This document shows positions 29,101 to 37,841 of a DNA stretch of 64,000 bases, piece by piece. The DNA is from Verrucomicrobiia bacterium. GTDB taxonomy: Bacteria; Verrucomicrobiota; Verrucomicrobiia; Limisphaerales; UBA1319. Below the pieces are notes generated by a model. It was not told the DNA's origin. It made no database searches and saw only the letters and a list, made by a program, of their open reading frames with translations. Location of the stretch: positions 512,001 through 576,000 of the forward strand of contig OY760937.1 in assembly GCA_963664225.1 (NCBI GenBank), written 5' to 3'. Position 1 is the stretch's first letter. Each line of letters begins with the position of its first letter. The position numbers and the translations under genes are program-made.

Positions 29101-29575
29101 CGCTGTAGGCGCAATCAAATCCAATGCCCAGGCCGGTGGTGGCCCCTTCCTCGGGCATGTTGCGATCGTTTGGGTCGCCCAGATAGGGCCAGACTCCAGC
29201 GCCGCCACTGGAGATATTGGCCAGCGTTGGATCGAAGGGGCGCACGCAGTTGATGCTGAATCCCTGGCCGGGTTCCGATGAGCCGTCGCCGACTCGCGCG
29301 TCCATTGAGAAGGAAAAGGACTTGATCGCCTGTCCATTATCCAGATCGGGAAAGAGAATGGCGCCGCGTTGATCGGTGGTGGCCTCCGTGAGCGATACAA
29401 ATCCACCGGTGACGGGGTTACCTTTGGAAGACTCCCAACGCGCGTTACCGGAGAGAATAACCGAACCGTACGGGTCAACGTCGAAGTCGTAGGTAATGGA
29501 TGCGGCGCCCGCAGTATGGAGCGCGGCGAAGCCTGAAAATACGGCTATCGCAAGTAAACGGAGTTGCTTGTTCAT
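26168..29575 (-). CDS. Large exported multidomain protein: signal peptide, ConA/lectin-like domain, two (Ig-like + PA14-like) repeats, nested PA domain, C-terminal FFR domain
   Basis: Sec signal ending AGA. Duplicated GVN[CS]DDGF...ASDT.FSFLV...YPFR...EW modules. PA-like segment IKGNIVMIDRGTNSF...AGAVAVIMVND...IPALMM. Confidence 0.72.
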   Translation of the reverse strand: MNKQLRLLAIAVFSGFAALHTAGAASITYDFDVDPYGSVILSGNARWESSKGNPVTGGFVSLTEATTDQRGAILFPDLDNGQAIKSFSFSMDARVGDGSSEPGQGFSINCVRPFDPTLANISSGGAGVWPYLGDPNDRNMPEEGATTGLGIGFDCAYSGAGDVIGISVRVDNVLLAQFPVPTLNGAVNDSTSLQTGPRSLNNPGSGELLGWAKCAVNLDENGVLNVVWKGATVVTNFQTGFNPGVCRWILAGRTSGAHEIIQIDNVQIATQLANSPVVSVLKLLPSGIYAELLDVPGASVKTNTIALKLNGSTIAPSLVSTTDSVTLVQNDLTPNWLAAGASRLVQISFADTANQTTTLTRRLTVAPYVVVPESFAVTSTNIDTTAPGFTEFISQVGGPELPATLDRCVQQLSNQILDSETGAPYPNLATNPTNVESSIINYSINVNQGSQLQVGNFQAPEFQDAAIPSIDTAANGVANMAMEIVSYLEFPKAGLYTMGVNCDDGFAVYTASSPRDAFGLNLGLFTDGLGASDTVFSFLVTKPGFYPFRALWWQSGGDANLEWYMQNPDGYKVPINVPNLRGSINAYARLIVPEPPYAVAAKPTPGAASVGLDSDLWLELADGTTPVDTNSIQLFLNGKKVVAQVTRTNGNTFVLYSPTNLFAQGSTNTATILYSDTATPASAVSNTWSFIAQTGVPVLPLDLATPTGTGDTNQPGFRAKIFQIWPASADPNQTLGLVNASTWTEQQLLGLFGTNSADLSLADTNGAFNNTVINWNRDAEGLGAEQGNFVAPAHPDQLIPGMPGIGGGNMTELGFGDIAAEIVTYIEFPAAGYYRMGVNSDDGFRVQAAEQAGTNIGAVRIVAPAAIARQYGAISGGAENGGIALTLPTNAISAKIVYALPHQAETELTNTNEIKGNIVMIDRGTNSFTLQLNRALRAGAVAVIMVNDRDATTNEGALPFVMTGIPMDLPRIPALMMMKADAALLKTHLAEGVTAVLGDDPTPRLAEFNGHRNASDTIFSFLVPQAGVYPFRCTYEQGTGAASCEWFVASKNGEKYLLNDPANPTGLKAFTARSLVPQQPTLSFTRQKTAIVLTFTGRLQSADVVKGPYADVPSATSPMTNTMTGNKFFRAAAGR

Positions 29576-29708
29576 TTCATCACTTTCTAATTACACGGCC
29601 CGGCCCGGCCGAAGCATTCGATGGGACGGTCTGACTTAAAAGTAATTATTTGCGCGGAAGCTCCGATTTACAAGCGGAGAATGAGGAGCGGAGAAAGGAA
29701 AAAAAGGC

Positions 29709-30224
29709 TCAGTGCCGCTCGAGCTTGTGCAGATCTTCGAGCAGGAATTGGGCCACATCCTTGAACTTTGGGATGTTGGCGGGGTTAACCTGCATGAGCG
29801 TTTCGTGAGCTTCGAGACTGGTTTTCGAAATGTCGATCCGGGAGGTCGGTGCGGAGGCTGCAGGCGTGTAAGCGGCGGTCGGAGCGGCGCCTGTAACGAT
29901 TTGGAATAGGTGCGCAATGCCCAGATTATCCAATAAATCCGCAACCCGTGGGTTTGGGTTGAGCAGTTGTATGGAGGCCGGTTTTCCTCCATTGGCCACT
30001 TGCACGAGCTTCAGGCTCAATCCGGCGAGCACTCCCACGAAGGTGCTGTCCATGATCAAACAATCGGTCAGGTCCATCACGTATTGACAGAAGCCCTTCC
30101 CATGAAGGCCGTTGACAGCGGCCTTGAAGCCCACGCTCAGGGTAAAGTTCGCCCTTCCGGAGATTTTTAAATAAACCACCGGTTCAGCCACTGCGATCAT
30201 CAGACTGCCTGGCAATACGTTCAT
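29709..30224 (-). CDS. STAS-domain anti-sigma factor antagonist
   Basis: MDLTDCLIMDSTFVGVL (phosphorylatable DS), LLDNLGIAHLF. Confidence 0.85.
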   Translation of the reverse strand: MNVLPGSLMIAVAEPVVYLKISGRANFTLSVGFKAAVNGLHGKGFCQYVMDLTDCLIMDSTFVGVLAGLSLKLVQVANGGKPASIQLLNPNPRVADLLDNLGIAHLFQIVTGAAPTAAYTPAASAPTSRIDISKTSLEAHETLMQVNPANIPKFKDVAQFLLEDLHKLERH

Positions 30225-30369
30225 CTGCGTTTAAACGACAGCCAATATGAAGCCTTGGCCGGACATCGTCAAGGCCATGACTGATGCCAGGGATGCGGGC
30301 ATATTTGCGAGGGATGCGCGCCAAGTTTTTCGATTTGCAAAAGTCAATGCGCCGGACATGCTTCCGGGG

Positions 30370-31230
30370 ATGAAATGTTTTGTTGTGTGTTTTACCTGCT
30401 GGATTTGGTGCGTGAGCGGAGTGTCGGCGGATACGCTGGCTTTTTTCAACACCCCTTTGGGGCAGATGCAGGTGCGCCTGTACGAGAAGGACAAGCCTAT
30501 CACGGTGAAGAATTTTATCCGCTACGTTCAAAGCGGTTCTTATAGAAATATGTTCCTGCACCGTTGCATCCCGGGTTTCGTGGTGCAGGGCGGGGGATTT
30601 ACTGTTGCAGATCCAACCTCCTATTCCGCCTTCGCTTCCTACGTGGGTGTGAAAGATTTTGGGAAAATCACCAATGAATTTGGCGTGGGACCGAAATACA
30701 GCAACACATACGGAACTCTGGCGATGGCCAAAGTGGGGACCGATCCCAACTCCGCCACCACTCAGTGGTTCTTCAATCTAACCAATAACGCGGCGTATCT
30801 CGATATCCAAAACGGAGGGTTCACCGTATTCGGACGGGTGATCTCGGGCACGAATGTATTGGAGGCGTTCAATGCCCTGAGCTATGGGGGAGGGTGGGTG
30901 GATTTAAGGCGTATCTATGGTACAAATGCCTCCACGTCGTTGTTCAGCGCTCTTCCGGTGACTTATTGGGGGCTGACTCCGCCCAATTTCCGGGATTTGA
31001 TGTTTGCGGATATAACTTTGATGACTACACAGGTGGGCATCGTGGATGGGCAAAGTCAGATCACCTGGAATAGCGCGAGCAACAAGGTGAACACGGTCGA
31101 ATTTGCGACGAACACACCGCCAAGTTGGCAGGTGCTGACGTCCGTGACTGGCACAGGTGCCGCGATGAGCGTAACGGACAGTGCGCCGATTTCAGGTTAT
31201 CGAGTTTACCGTGTGCGGGTGAATTTTTAA
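30370..31230 (+). CDS. Exported cyclophilin-type peptidyl-prolyl isomerase with extra C-terminal beta domain
   Basis: PITVKNFIRYV, LHRCIPGFVVQGGGF, GTLAMAK...NSATTQWFFNL, FTVFGRV. Signal-peptide-like N-terminus from ATG 30370. Confidence 0.88.
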   Translation: MKCFVVCFTCWIWCVSGVSADTLAFFNTPLGQMQVRLYEKDKPITVKNFIRYVQSGSYRNMFLHRCIPGFVVQGGGFTVADPTSYSAFASYVGVKDFGKITNEFGVGPKYSNTYGTLAMAKVGTDPNSATTQWFFNLTNNAAYLDIQNGGFTVFGRVISGTNVLEAFNALSYGGGWVDLRRIYGTNASTSLFSALPVTYWGLTPPNFRDLMFADITLMTTQVGIVDGQSQITWNSASNKVNTVEFATNTPPSWQVLTSVTGTGAAMSVTDSAPISGYRVYRVRVNF

Positions 31231-31248
31231 TCCCGAAAGATCATCATA

Positions 31249-33102
31249 ATGGAAAAATTCCGCTGGACGCATTCGCCTAAAACAGGGTTTCAACGATCGA
31301 GAGGCCTCTGCCATTGGGCGGCTGTGGCGAGTGTCATCGCTCTGGGTTTGACCGTTTCCACTAAGGCGGCGGCATCCGAATATGCGGGAGAACCCTACAA
31401 AGGGGCCGATGTCTTTTCGGATACCTGGGTGGCCACGGATGCTTTGGGACGGGTGACGCCGGGACTCGGCGAAGTGGGCGCGATCAAGGCAAATAAGCAT
31501 GTGGGGATTTTCTATTGGACCTGGCACCATCCTCAGAATGAGGGGCCCAACGATAATACGAAAATTCTGGCGACAGCGAAGGACGGGCGCGTGGATTGGC
31601 CCAAGAATGGCGCGCCATACCATTGGGGTGAGCCGGAATTGGGTTATTACGTGATGACCGATCCGTTCGTCATTCGCAAGCACGCGAGCATGCTCGTGGA
31701 TGCCGGTGTGGACGTGGTGATCTTCGATACCACGAATCCGCCCTTTACCTTCAAGGAGGAGTATGAGGCGCTTTGCCGTGAATATGCCGCCATGCGCCTG
31801 GAGGGAGCGCGCACCCCGTCCATTGCGTTTATTGGGCCGTTCGGTGATCCGCGTCCGGTAACCGATCAGCTCTGGCGGGATTTGTATCAACCGGGCAAGT
31901 GGAGCGATCTGTGGTTTCGCTGGGAGAACAAGCCCCTGCTTTTGGCGGACAGGCAATACATCAAGACACAGGGGATGCTGGATTTTTTCACCTTCCGCCG
32001 TCCCATGCCCGATTATTGGATTGGACCCAGCGGTCCGGACCAGTGGAGCTGGCTGGAGGTGTATCCACAGCACGTTTTCAAAAACAGCCGCGGCGAAGCG
32101 GAGCAAATGAGCGTGGGGGTTGGGCAAAACGCGCTTCCCGCAACACCCGGTCCCGCGCCAATGAGCGCCAAGAAAGGTGCCATGGGGCGGAGCTGGCACG
32201 ATGGCAGGAGGGACACGCGTCCCGGCGCGGTGAATCTGGGACTGAATTTTGACGAGCAATGGCGGCGAGCGCTGGAGGTGAATCCGCAGTTTCTATTTGT
32301 GACCGGATGGAACGAATGGATTGCGGGGCGTTATTCCGAATGGAGCAAATACACGGACGCGGACTGCGAGTTTCCGGGCGGGGTTTTCGTCGATGAATAC
32401 ACACAGGAATACAGCCGGGATTGCGAACCAATGCGCGGAGGCCATGGCGATAACTATTATTATCAGCTTGCGAATTGGATTCGACGCTACAAAGGGGTGA
32501 GGGAAAGACCCAAGGCGGATGGACCCATCCAGATTGTCGTGGACGGCGCATTCGACGACTGGACAACGGTGAAGCCCGAGTTCCGGGACACGATTGGGGA
32601 TACCAGCCATCGGCATCATCAGGGCTATGGTGGCCAGTGGTATGACAACAAGACCGGGCGTAACGATTTCGTGATCTGCAAGGCGGCTTACGACGAGACG
32701 AATATTTGTTTCTTCGCCCAGACGCTCAATAAAATCACCCCCAGGACCGATCCGCACTGGATGCTCTTGTATATCGATGCGGACCAGAATTCAAAAACCG
32801 GTTGGGAAGGGTATGATTATTTGATCAACCTCGAGGTCCTGAGCGATACCGAAACCACGGTCAAGGCGTGGCGCGGCAATGCATGGCAGACCGTCGGTAA
32901 GGCAGACTACCGCGTGAATGGTAACGGAATGGAAATCAGCATTCCCCGATCTTTGCTGGGCCTAAAATCGAAAAAAACGGCCTTCGACTTTCATTGGGCC
33001 GATAACATTCAGGATTTGAAGGATATCTCCGAATTTGGTGTCAACGGGGATAGCGCGCCGAACCGCCGTTGGAATTATCGGTTCGAGGTGGCGGGGGAAT
33101 AG
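31249..33102 (+). CDS. Exported glycoside hydrolase-like protein (GH99/GH71-like TIM barrel plus C-terminal beta-sandwich)
   Basis: Signal peptide; VGIFYWTWH, HWGEPELGYY, LVDAGVDVVIFDTTN, VTGWNEWIAGR, SRDCEP. Confidence 0.6.
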   Translation: MEKFRWTHSPKTGFQRSRGLCHWAAVASVIALGLTVSTKAAASEYAGEPYKGADVFSDTWVATDALGRVTPGLGEVGAIKANKHVGIFYWTWHHPQNEGPNDNTKILATAKDGRVDWPKNGAPYHWGEPELGYYVMTDPFVIRKHASMLVDAGVDVVIFDTTNPPFTFKEEYEALCREYAAMRLEGARTPSIAFIGPFGDPRPVTDQLWRDLYQPGKWSDLWFRWENKPLLLADRQYIKTQGMLDFFTFRRPMPDYWIGPSGPDQWSWLEVYPQHVFKNSRGEAEQMSVGVGQNALPATPGPAPMSAKKGAMGRSWHDGRRDTRPGAVNLGLNFDEQWRRALEVNPQFLFVTGWNEWIAGRYSEWSKYTDADCEFPGGVFVDEYTQEYSRDCEPMRGGHGDNYYYQLANWIRRYKGVRERPKADGPIQIVVDGAFDDWTTVKPEFRDTIGDTSHRHHQGYGGQWYDNKTGRNDFVICKAAYDETNICFFAQTLNKITPRTDPHWMLLYIDADQNSKTGWEGYDYLINLEVLSDTETTVKAWRGNAWQTVGKADYRVNGNGMEISIPRSLLGLKSKKTAFDFHWADNIQDLKDISEFGVNGDSAPNRRWNYRFEVAGE

Positions 33103-33127
33103 ACAACTTGAGATCGGCAATTACGAT

Positions 33128-34072
33128 CTACCACAGAACGCAGATGAGGATCGTCTCCACGATGGACATGGCCACCGTGAAGGCGACTGCACGCTGGAGG
33201 ATTTGATTGAGCAGGCTTAACTGCACCTCGATCTGAAGGGTCGCTTTCTCCACAATCTTGGCCAGGCATTGGTCGAGTTTTCCGCTGATGGCTCCCGTGT
33301 TGATCAGCGCCTTGATGTCGTCCTCCAGCAGCGCCGACGTTTCGAAAGCGTCTCCGAACGTGCCGTTTTGTTCCATGATTCGGCGGGCTTTCAGCAAATC
33401 ATGGCGAATCGCGTCATTGCGAACGGTCCGCAATGCCAGGTCGAACATGACAGTGACATCCAAGCCCCCAGCCTCGTATGCCAGCCGGAACGTGGAAAAA
33501 AACAAAACGACCGCCATGCGAATCTCGGTCTCGCGGATGAGGGGGATCTGTAAAAGGACGCGATCTACCACGCGTTTCACGGGTCGAAACTTGAACAGAA
33601 TCCACGCCAGCAGGCCGAGTTCCAGGACAACGCAAACCACGGTAGTGAAGAAATGCCATGCCACCTCGTATCTTCCGAAATAGACGAAAACGCCGCACCG
33701 GATGGTCCAGCCAAAAACGGTAATGATCAGCGGATAAAGCCAGGTGTTGCGCACCAGTTTCGCAGAGGGTTCCGTGCGGTGGCAGTGACGGTCCAGTAAT
33801 TGAAAGGCTTCCACCAACCGTCCGCCCGTTTCTCCTGCGCGAATCACCGGGAGAAAGTAATATGGGAAAATCCTCGCTCCGGGCTCGAGAGCGTCGGATA
33901 TCGCCATTCCCTGATCGCACCGGTCCATGGCTGCTCGAATCACCTCTCGAAGGGCTTTGGATTGCGTTCCCGCCCCGCTCAATTCCAGCGACTTCTTCGG
34001 CGTCATCCCCGATGCCAGGCAGGTCGCCATCGAGTTTGCAAAGATCCGCAAGGTTTGGAGATTGATTTTCAA
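33128..34072 (-). CDS. Type II secretion system F / PilC family inner-membrane protein
   Basis: Two T2SSF repeats (LASGM...IRAGETGGRL...WLYP; INTGAISGKLD). Confidence 0.82.
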   Translation of the reverse strand: MKINLQTLRIFANSMATCLASGMTPKKSLELSGAGTQSKALREVIRAAMDRCDQGMAISDALEPGARIFPYYFLPVIRAGETGGRLVEAFQLLDRHCHRTEPSAKLVRNTWLYPLIITVFGWTIRCGVFVYFGRYEVAWHFFTTVVCVVLELGLLAWILFKFRPVKRVVDRVLLQIPLIRETEIRMAVVLFFSTFRLAYEAGGLDVTVMFDLALRTVRNDAIRHDLLKARRIMEQNGTFGDAFETSALLEDDIKALINTGAISGKLDQCLAKIVEKATLQIEVQLSLLNQILQRAVAFTVAMSIVETILICVLW

Positions 34073-34329
34073 ATTGGGTGATTTACAGGGTCAATGGTGA
34101 ACTTTCATACAATTCTTCGGACAGTCCTGCAATTAAATCATCGCGCCCAGTTGCGGCGCGAGCATCCGACGAGGCGATAAGGAGAAGAGGGATTCGGCAA
34201 TCAACCTCAGGCACAAAGTCACAGTTGGGGAAGGGCGGTGAGAAACATCCATTTTTGACATGGTATTTGAGCTTGCGATATGAGTTCGCAGACGCCAATT
34301 TGTACGCGGATTGGCATTTGAAGGACGGC

Positions 34330-34809
34330 ATGACTATGATTTTGGATGAGAAACAACGTTTGCAGGTGGCCCAATGGATTCAGGAAGGTTTGAAACTTTC
34401 TGAAATTCAAAAACGCCTCGACAAAGAGATGGGTGTTCGGATGACCTATGTGGAGGTCCGATGCCTCATGGATGATTTGAAATTAAAGCCCGTGGACCCG
34501 GTAGTGCCCGCCAAACCTCCTGAAGCCGCCGCGCCCGCAACCCCCGAGGCCGCTCTGCCGACACCCGCGAAGGATGAAGCCGCACCTGCGACAGGAAAGT
34601 TCTCGCTGGAGCTGGATACGATCCCGCATCCCGGCACAGTGGTCAGTGGCAAGGCGACTTTCAGCGACGGAATGACGGCGACATGGTATTTGGACCAGTC
34701 GGGTCGGCTTGGCATGTCCCCATCGGTCAAGGGGTATCGTCCTTCTGCAGGAGATGTGCAGCAATTTCAGGCCGCCCTTGAGGAGGCCCTGACCAAGAGC
34801 GGAATTTAA
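34330..34809 (+). CDS. Hypothetical protein (helical N-domain, Pro/Ala linker, beta C-domain)
   Basis: Coding-like composition with a PAKPPEAAAPATP linker. Start at ATG 34330 or 34336. Confidence 0.7.
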   Translation: MTMILDEKQRLQVAQWIQEGLKLSEIQKRLDKEMGVRMTYVEVRCLMDDLKLKPVDPVVPAKPPEAAAPATPEAALPTPAKDEAAPATGKFSLELDTIPHPGTVVSGKATFSDGMTATWYLDQSGRLGMSPSVKGYRPSAGDVQQFQAALEEALTKSGI

Positions 34810-34829
34810 GCTGGAGACGGTGACGGTTG

Positions 34830-35519
34830 ATGAAAGCCTCGCAAACATCCGGGTTTCCGGCATCCGGTTCTTTATTGGGGGGTGACGCTTCCTTATTGCT
34901 GCGGCAGATTGCGGCCGATGAGACATTGCCAGAATTGGGAATGGCCGCCTCTGCCTTTCGAGGACGCGAGATCAAAACAATCGAAGATTTGCGAAGGCAC
35001 TCTCTTGAGTATCAAACCCAGGTTTTGCACGAAATCGATTTTCCGGTGGTGATCCGCGCCTGGCAGTATGCTTCGCACTGTGGCTCGCGGGAACTGGTAA
35101 TGCTCGATCAGGAACTGTCCAGCCATCCATCCCTTCAGGAATTCGCCTCTGCCAGCCAGCGCATCGGGCGGATACATCTCAAGCGCTTGCGGCCTTTGCG
35201 TGATCACCGCGTGGTGCAACGTTACCTGGCCGCGATTGAGCGGGGTGAGTCCAAGGGCTGGCACATGATTGTGTATGGCCTGATTCTGTCTGTGTATTCC
35301 ATTCCGCTGCGGCAGGGGTTGATGCATTACGGGTGCGCAAGCATCCGCGGTTTGTTGGGTGCGGGAGCCAGTAACTGCCAGTGCACGGAGACCGCACTGC
35401 TCGGATTGGACCAAGAGGGAAGTTTGCGCCTGCCAGGGGTGATCCGACACGCGATCGCATCCAGCGGGGCCGAAGGGATGTTTTCTTCTTTGCAAATGGC
35501 CAAAACAGTCGGTTCGTGA
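34830..35519 (+). CDS. UreF-like (urease accessory family) protein, orphan
   Basis: ELVMLDQEL...ASASQRIGRIHL...H.IVYGL...LRQGL resembles the UreF helical core; no urease genes nearby. Confidence 0.55.
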   Translation: MKASQTSGFPASGSLLGGDASLLLRQIAADETLPELGMAASAFRGREIKTIEDLRRHSLEYQTQVLHEIDFPVVIRAWQYASHCGSRELVMLDQELSSHPSLQEFASASQRIGRIHLKRLRPLRDHRVVQRYLAAIERGESKGWHMIVYGLILSVYSIPLRQGLMHYGCASIRGLLGAGASNCQCTETALLGLDQEGSLRLPGVIRHAIASSGAEGMFSSLQMAKTVGS

Positions 35520-35657
35520 ACGGGTCAATTCGCTGATTTTGCTTGCGAAAATCGTGGTGCGTCATTCAGGATGCGCTTCAAGCATTTGGAACCTATCTGG
35601 AAATGAGCATGGGTTTGATTATTTGGCCGGGTTCCAGCTCGAAAACAAAATTGGGTC

Positions 35658-36503
35658 ATGAAACAGTATGCCACGATTACGGTGATCGGACGCGATAAAA
35701 CCGGTGTTGTCGCCCGCGTCACCAGCCATTTATTCGCCGAGAAGGCGAACATCGAAGCCCTGGAGGAACAGGTCACACGCGGTCAATTCAGCATGACGCT
35801 GCAAGCTTCCTGGAAGAAAAGCCAGTTCAATGAAGCGGAGGTGAAGGCCGACCTTGCAGTGTTGGCCCGGGAATTGGGCATGGAGGTCAAGCTGCGCTGC
35901 TACGATCCGAACCGCAAACAGCGGGCGGCCATTTTTGTCACAAAGGAGACGCATTGTTTCGAGGGACTCATGGCGGCCTTTAAGAGCAGGCAATTCAAGG
36001 CGGAACCGGCATTGGTGTTGTCCAACCGCAACGATCTGGAACCGTTGGCGCGCCGTTACGGGATTCCATTTAAATGCATTCCTGCGGCAGACCGGCTCGA
36101 GGCGGAGCGGTTGGCATTGGAGGAATTGGAGCGGCAGGAGATCGATTTTGTAGTGCTCGCTCGGTTCATGAAGATTCTGTCCCCCAATTTCGTCTGGCGT
36201 TACAAAAATAAAATCATCAACATTCATCCCTCGCTTTTGCCAAGTTTTCCGGGCGCCCAGGCCTATCGTCAGGCCTATGAACGGGGGGTTAAAATCATCG
36301 GCGTCACAGCTCATTTTGTGACCATGCACTTGGACGAAGGGCCGATCATTGCCCAAGACAGTTTTCATGTGCTGCCCAATATGACGCTCAAGGACATCGT
36401 GGCCAGGGGACAGGCCATTGAGACGCGGGTGTTGGTCAAGGCGGTCCAGTTGTTTTTGTCCAAGAAATTGGATGTCTACTGGGGTGTTGTAAAACAGGTA
36501 TAG
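35658..36503 (+). CDS. purU: Formyltetrahydrofolate deformylase
   Basis: N-terminal ACT domain (GRDKTGVVA), VLARFMKILS, INIHPSLLPSFPGA, GVKIIGVTAHFV..LDEGPII. Confidence 0.94.
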   Translation: MKQYATITVIGRDKTGVVARVTSHLFAEKANIEALEEQVTRGQFSMTLQASWKKSQFNEAEVKADLAVLARELGMEVKLRCYDPNRKQRAAIFVTKETHCFEGLMAAFKSRQFKAEPALVLSNRNDLEPLARRYGIPFKCIPAADRLEAERLALEELERQEIDFVVLARFMKILSPNFVWRYKNKIINIHPSLLPSFPGAQAYRQAYERGVKIIGVTAHFVTMHLDEGPIIAQDSFHVLPNMTLKDIVARGQAIETRVLVKAVQLFLSKKLDVYWGVVKQV

Positions 36504-36601
36504 AATAACAAGGCTGGATTTGCCGGTTTGCACGCGGACCAGTATTCGAAATCCGGCATTCAGAAACCAAAGACGCAAGTAATCATTTGGTGGCAAAACT
36601 T

Positions 36602-37567
36602 ATGGGCCGGATATTTTCGCAAATCACCCAGGCTGTCGGACGCACTCCGCTGGTGCTTTTGAACCGCATTTCAAAAGATCTTCCCGCCACCATTGCCATC
36701 AAATGCGAATTCTACAACCCGGCCTCTTCAGTCAAGGACCGCATCGGCATTGCCATGATCGAGGCGGGGGAGCGGGCCGGTAAAATTGGACCAGCGACGA
36801 CCATCATCGAACCCACCTCGGGGAATACAGGGATCGCCCTGGCATTTGTCTGCGCGGCCAAAGGATATCCATTGATATTGACGATGCCTGAAACGATGAG
36901 CGTGGAGCGGCGGACCTTGCTGGCCTTGCTGGGGGCGCATGTGGTGTTGACACCGGGCAGTGAGGGAATGAGGGGGGCCATCCGGCGGGCTGAAGAGATG
37001 GCGTTGGAGTTAAAGGACACGTTTTTGCCGCAGCAGTTTAGTAATCCGGCCAATCCCCGCGCGCATTTCGAGACCACCGGACCTGAAATCTGGGATGATA
37101 CGGAGGGCAAGGTGGATGTTTTTGTCACGGGTGTCGGCACAGGGGGAACAATTTCGGGCGTATCCGGTTTCCTGAAAACCCAGAAGCCGGAAGTTCGCGT
37201 GATTGCCGTGGAACCGTTGAATTCGCCGGTCATATCACAGAAATTGGCTGGCCAACCGCTCAACCCCGGTCACCACCATATACAGGGCATTGGTGCGGGA
37301 TTCATACCCAATAACCTGAGCCTCGACGCCATTGACGATGTGGTGCGGGTGTCCGACGCGGATTCTTTTGCGATGGCGCGCCGTCTGGCGAAAGAGGAGG
37401 GGATACTGGCCGGTATCAGTTCGGGGGCGAATGTTTGGGCGGCGCTGCAAGTGGCGCAACGGTCGGAGAACCGTGGAAAACTGATTGTAACGATAGCGGC
37501 TTCGACCGGGGAACGCTACCTTTCCACTCCTTTGGCAGCGGAAGCCCGCGCCCAGGCGGGAGCCTGA
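36602..37567 (+). CDS. cysK: Cysteine synthase A
   Basis: VGRTPLV, SSVKDR (PLP lysine), [28 protein letters not shown]. Confidence 0.96.
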   Translation: MGRIFSQITQAVGRTPLVLLNRISKDLPATIAIKCEFYNPASSVKDRIGIAMIEAGERAGKIGPATTIIEPTSGNTGIALAFVCAAKGYPLILTMPETMSVERRTLLALLGAHVVLTPGSEGMRGAIRRAEEMALELKDTFLPQQFSNPANPRAHFETTGPEIWDDTEGKVDVFVTGVGTGGTISGVSGFLKTQKPEVRVIAVEPLNSPVISQKLAGQPLNPGHHHIQGIGAGFIPNNLSLDAIDDVVRVSDADSFAMARRLAKEEGILAGISSGANVWAALQVAQRSENRGKLIVTIAASTGERYLSTPLAAEARAQAGA

Positions 37568-37594
37568 TTGGCTCCACTTTTTTTAAAATTCTTG

Positions 37595-37623
37595 TTGCCA
37601 CTAGCGGAATCACGCATTATTTT
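37595..37623 (+). promoter_or_regulatory. Putative sigma70 promoter giving rho a ~215-nt leader
   Basis: TTGCCA-N17-TATTTT. Confidence 0.4.
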
Positions 37624-37841
37624 GGTTTGAGTTAATCGGAATGGGGTAAGTTTGCCGTGCAGAAATGCAGCGATTTTTAGGCAAATGTGACGCAGCCCCC
37701 TTGGTTGAGGACAAGGTTCAACTGGCGGCCGCCAATTTTTATTGGCTTCCAAGTTTCAGTCCGCGGTTTCCCTGATTCAAAATTCTCGGTCATTTGGGAT
37801 TTTTCTTTAAAACCCGAATGCGTCAACACAGACAGAATTCT

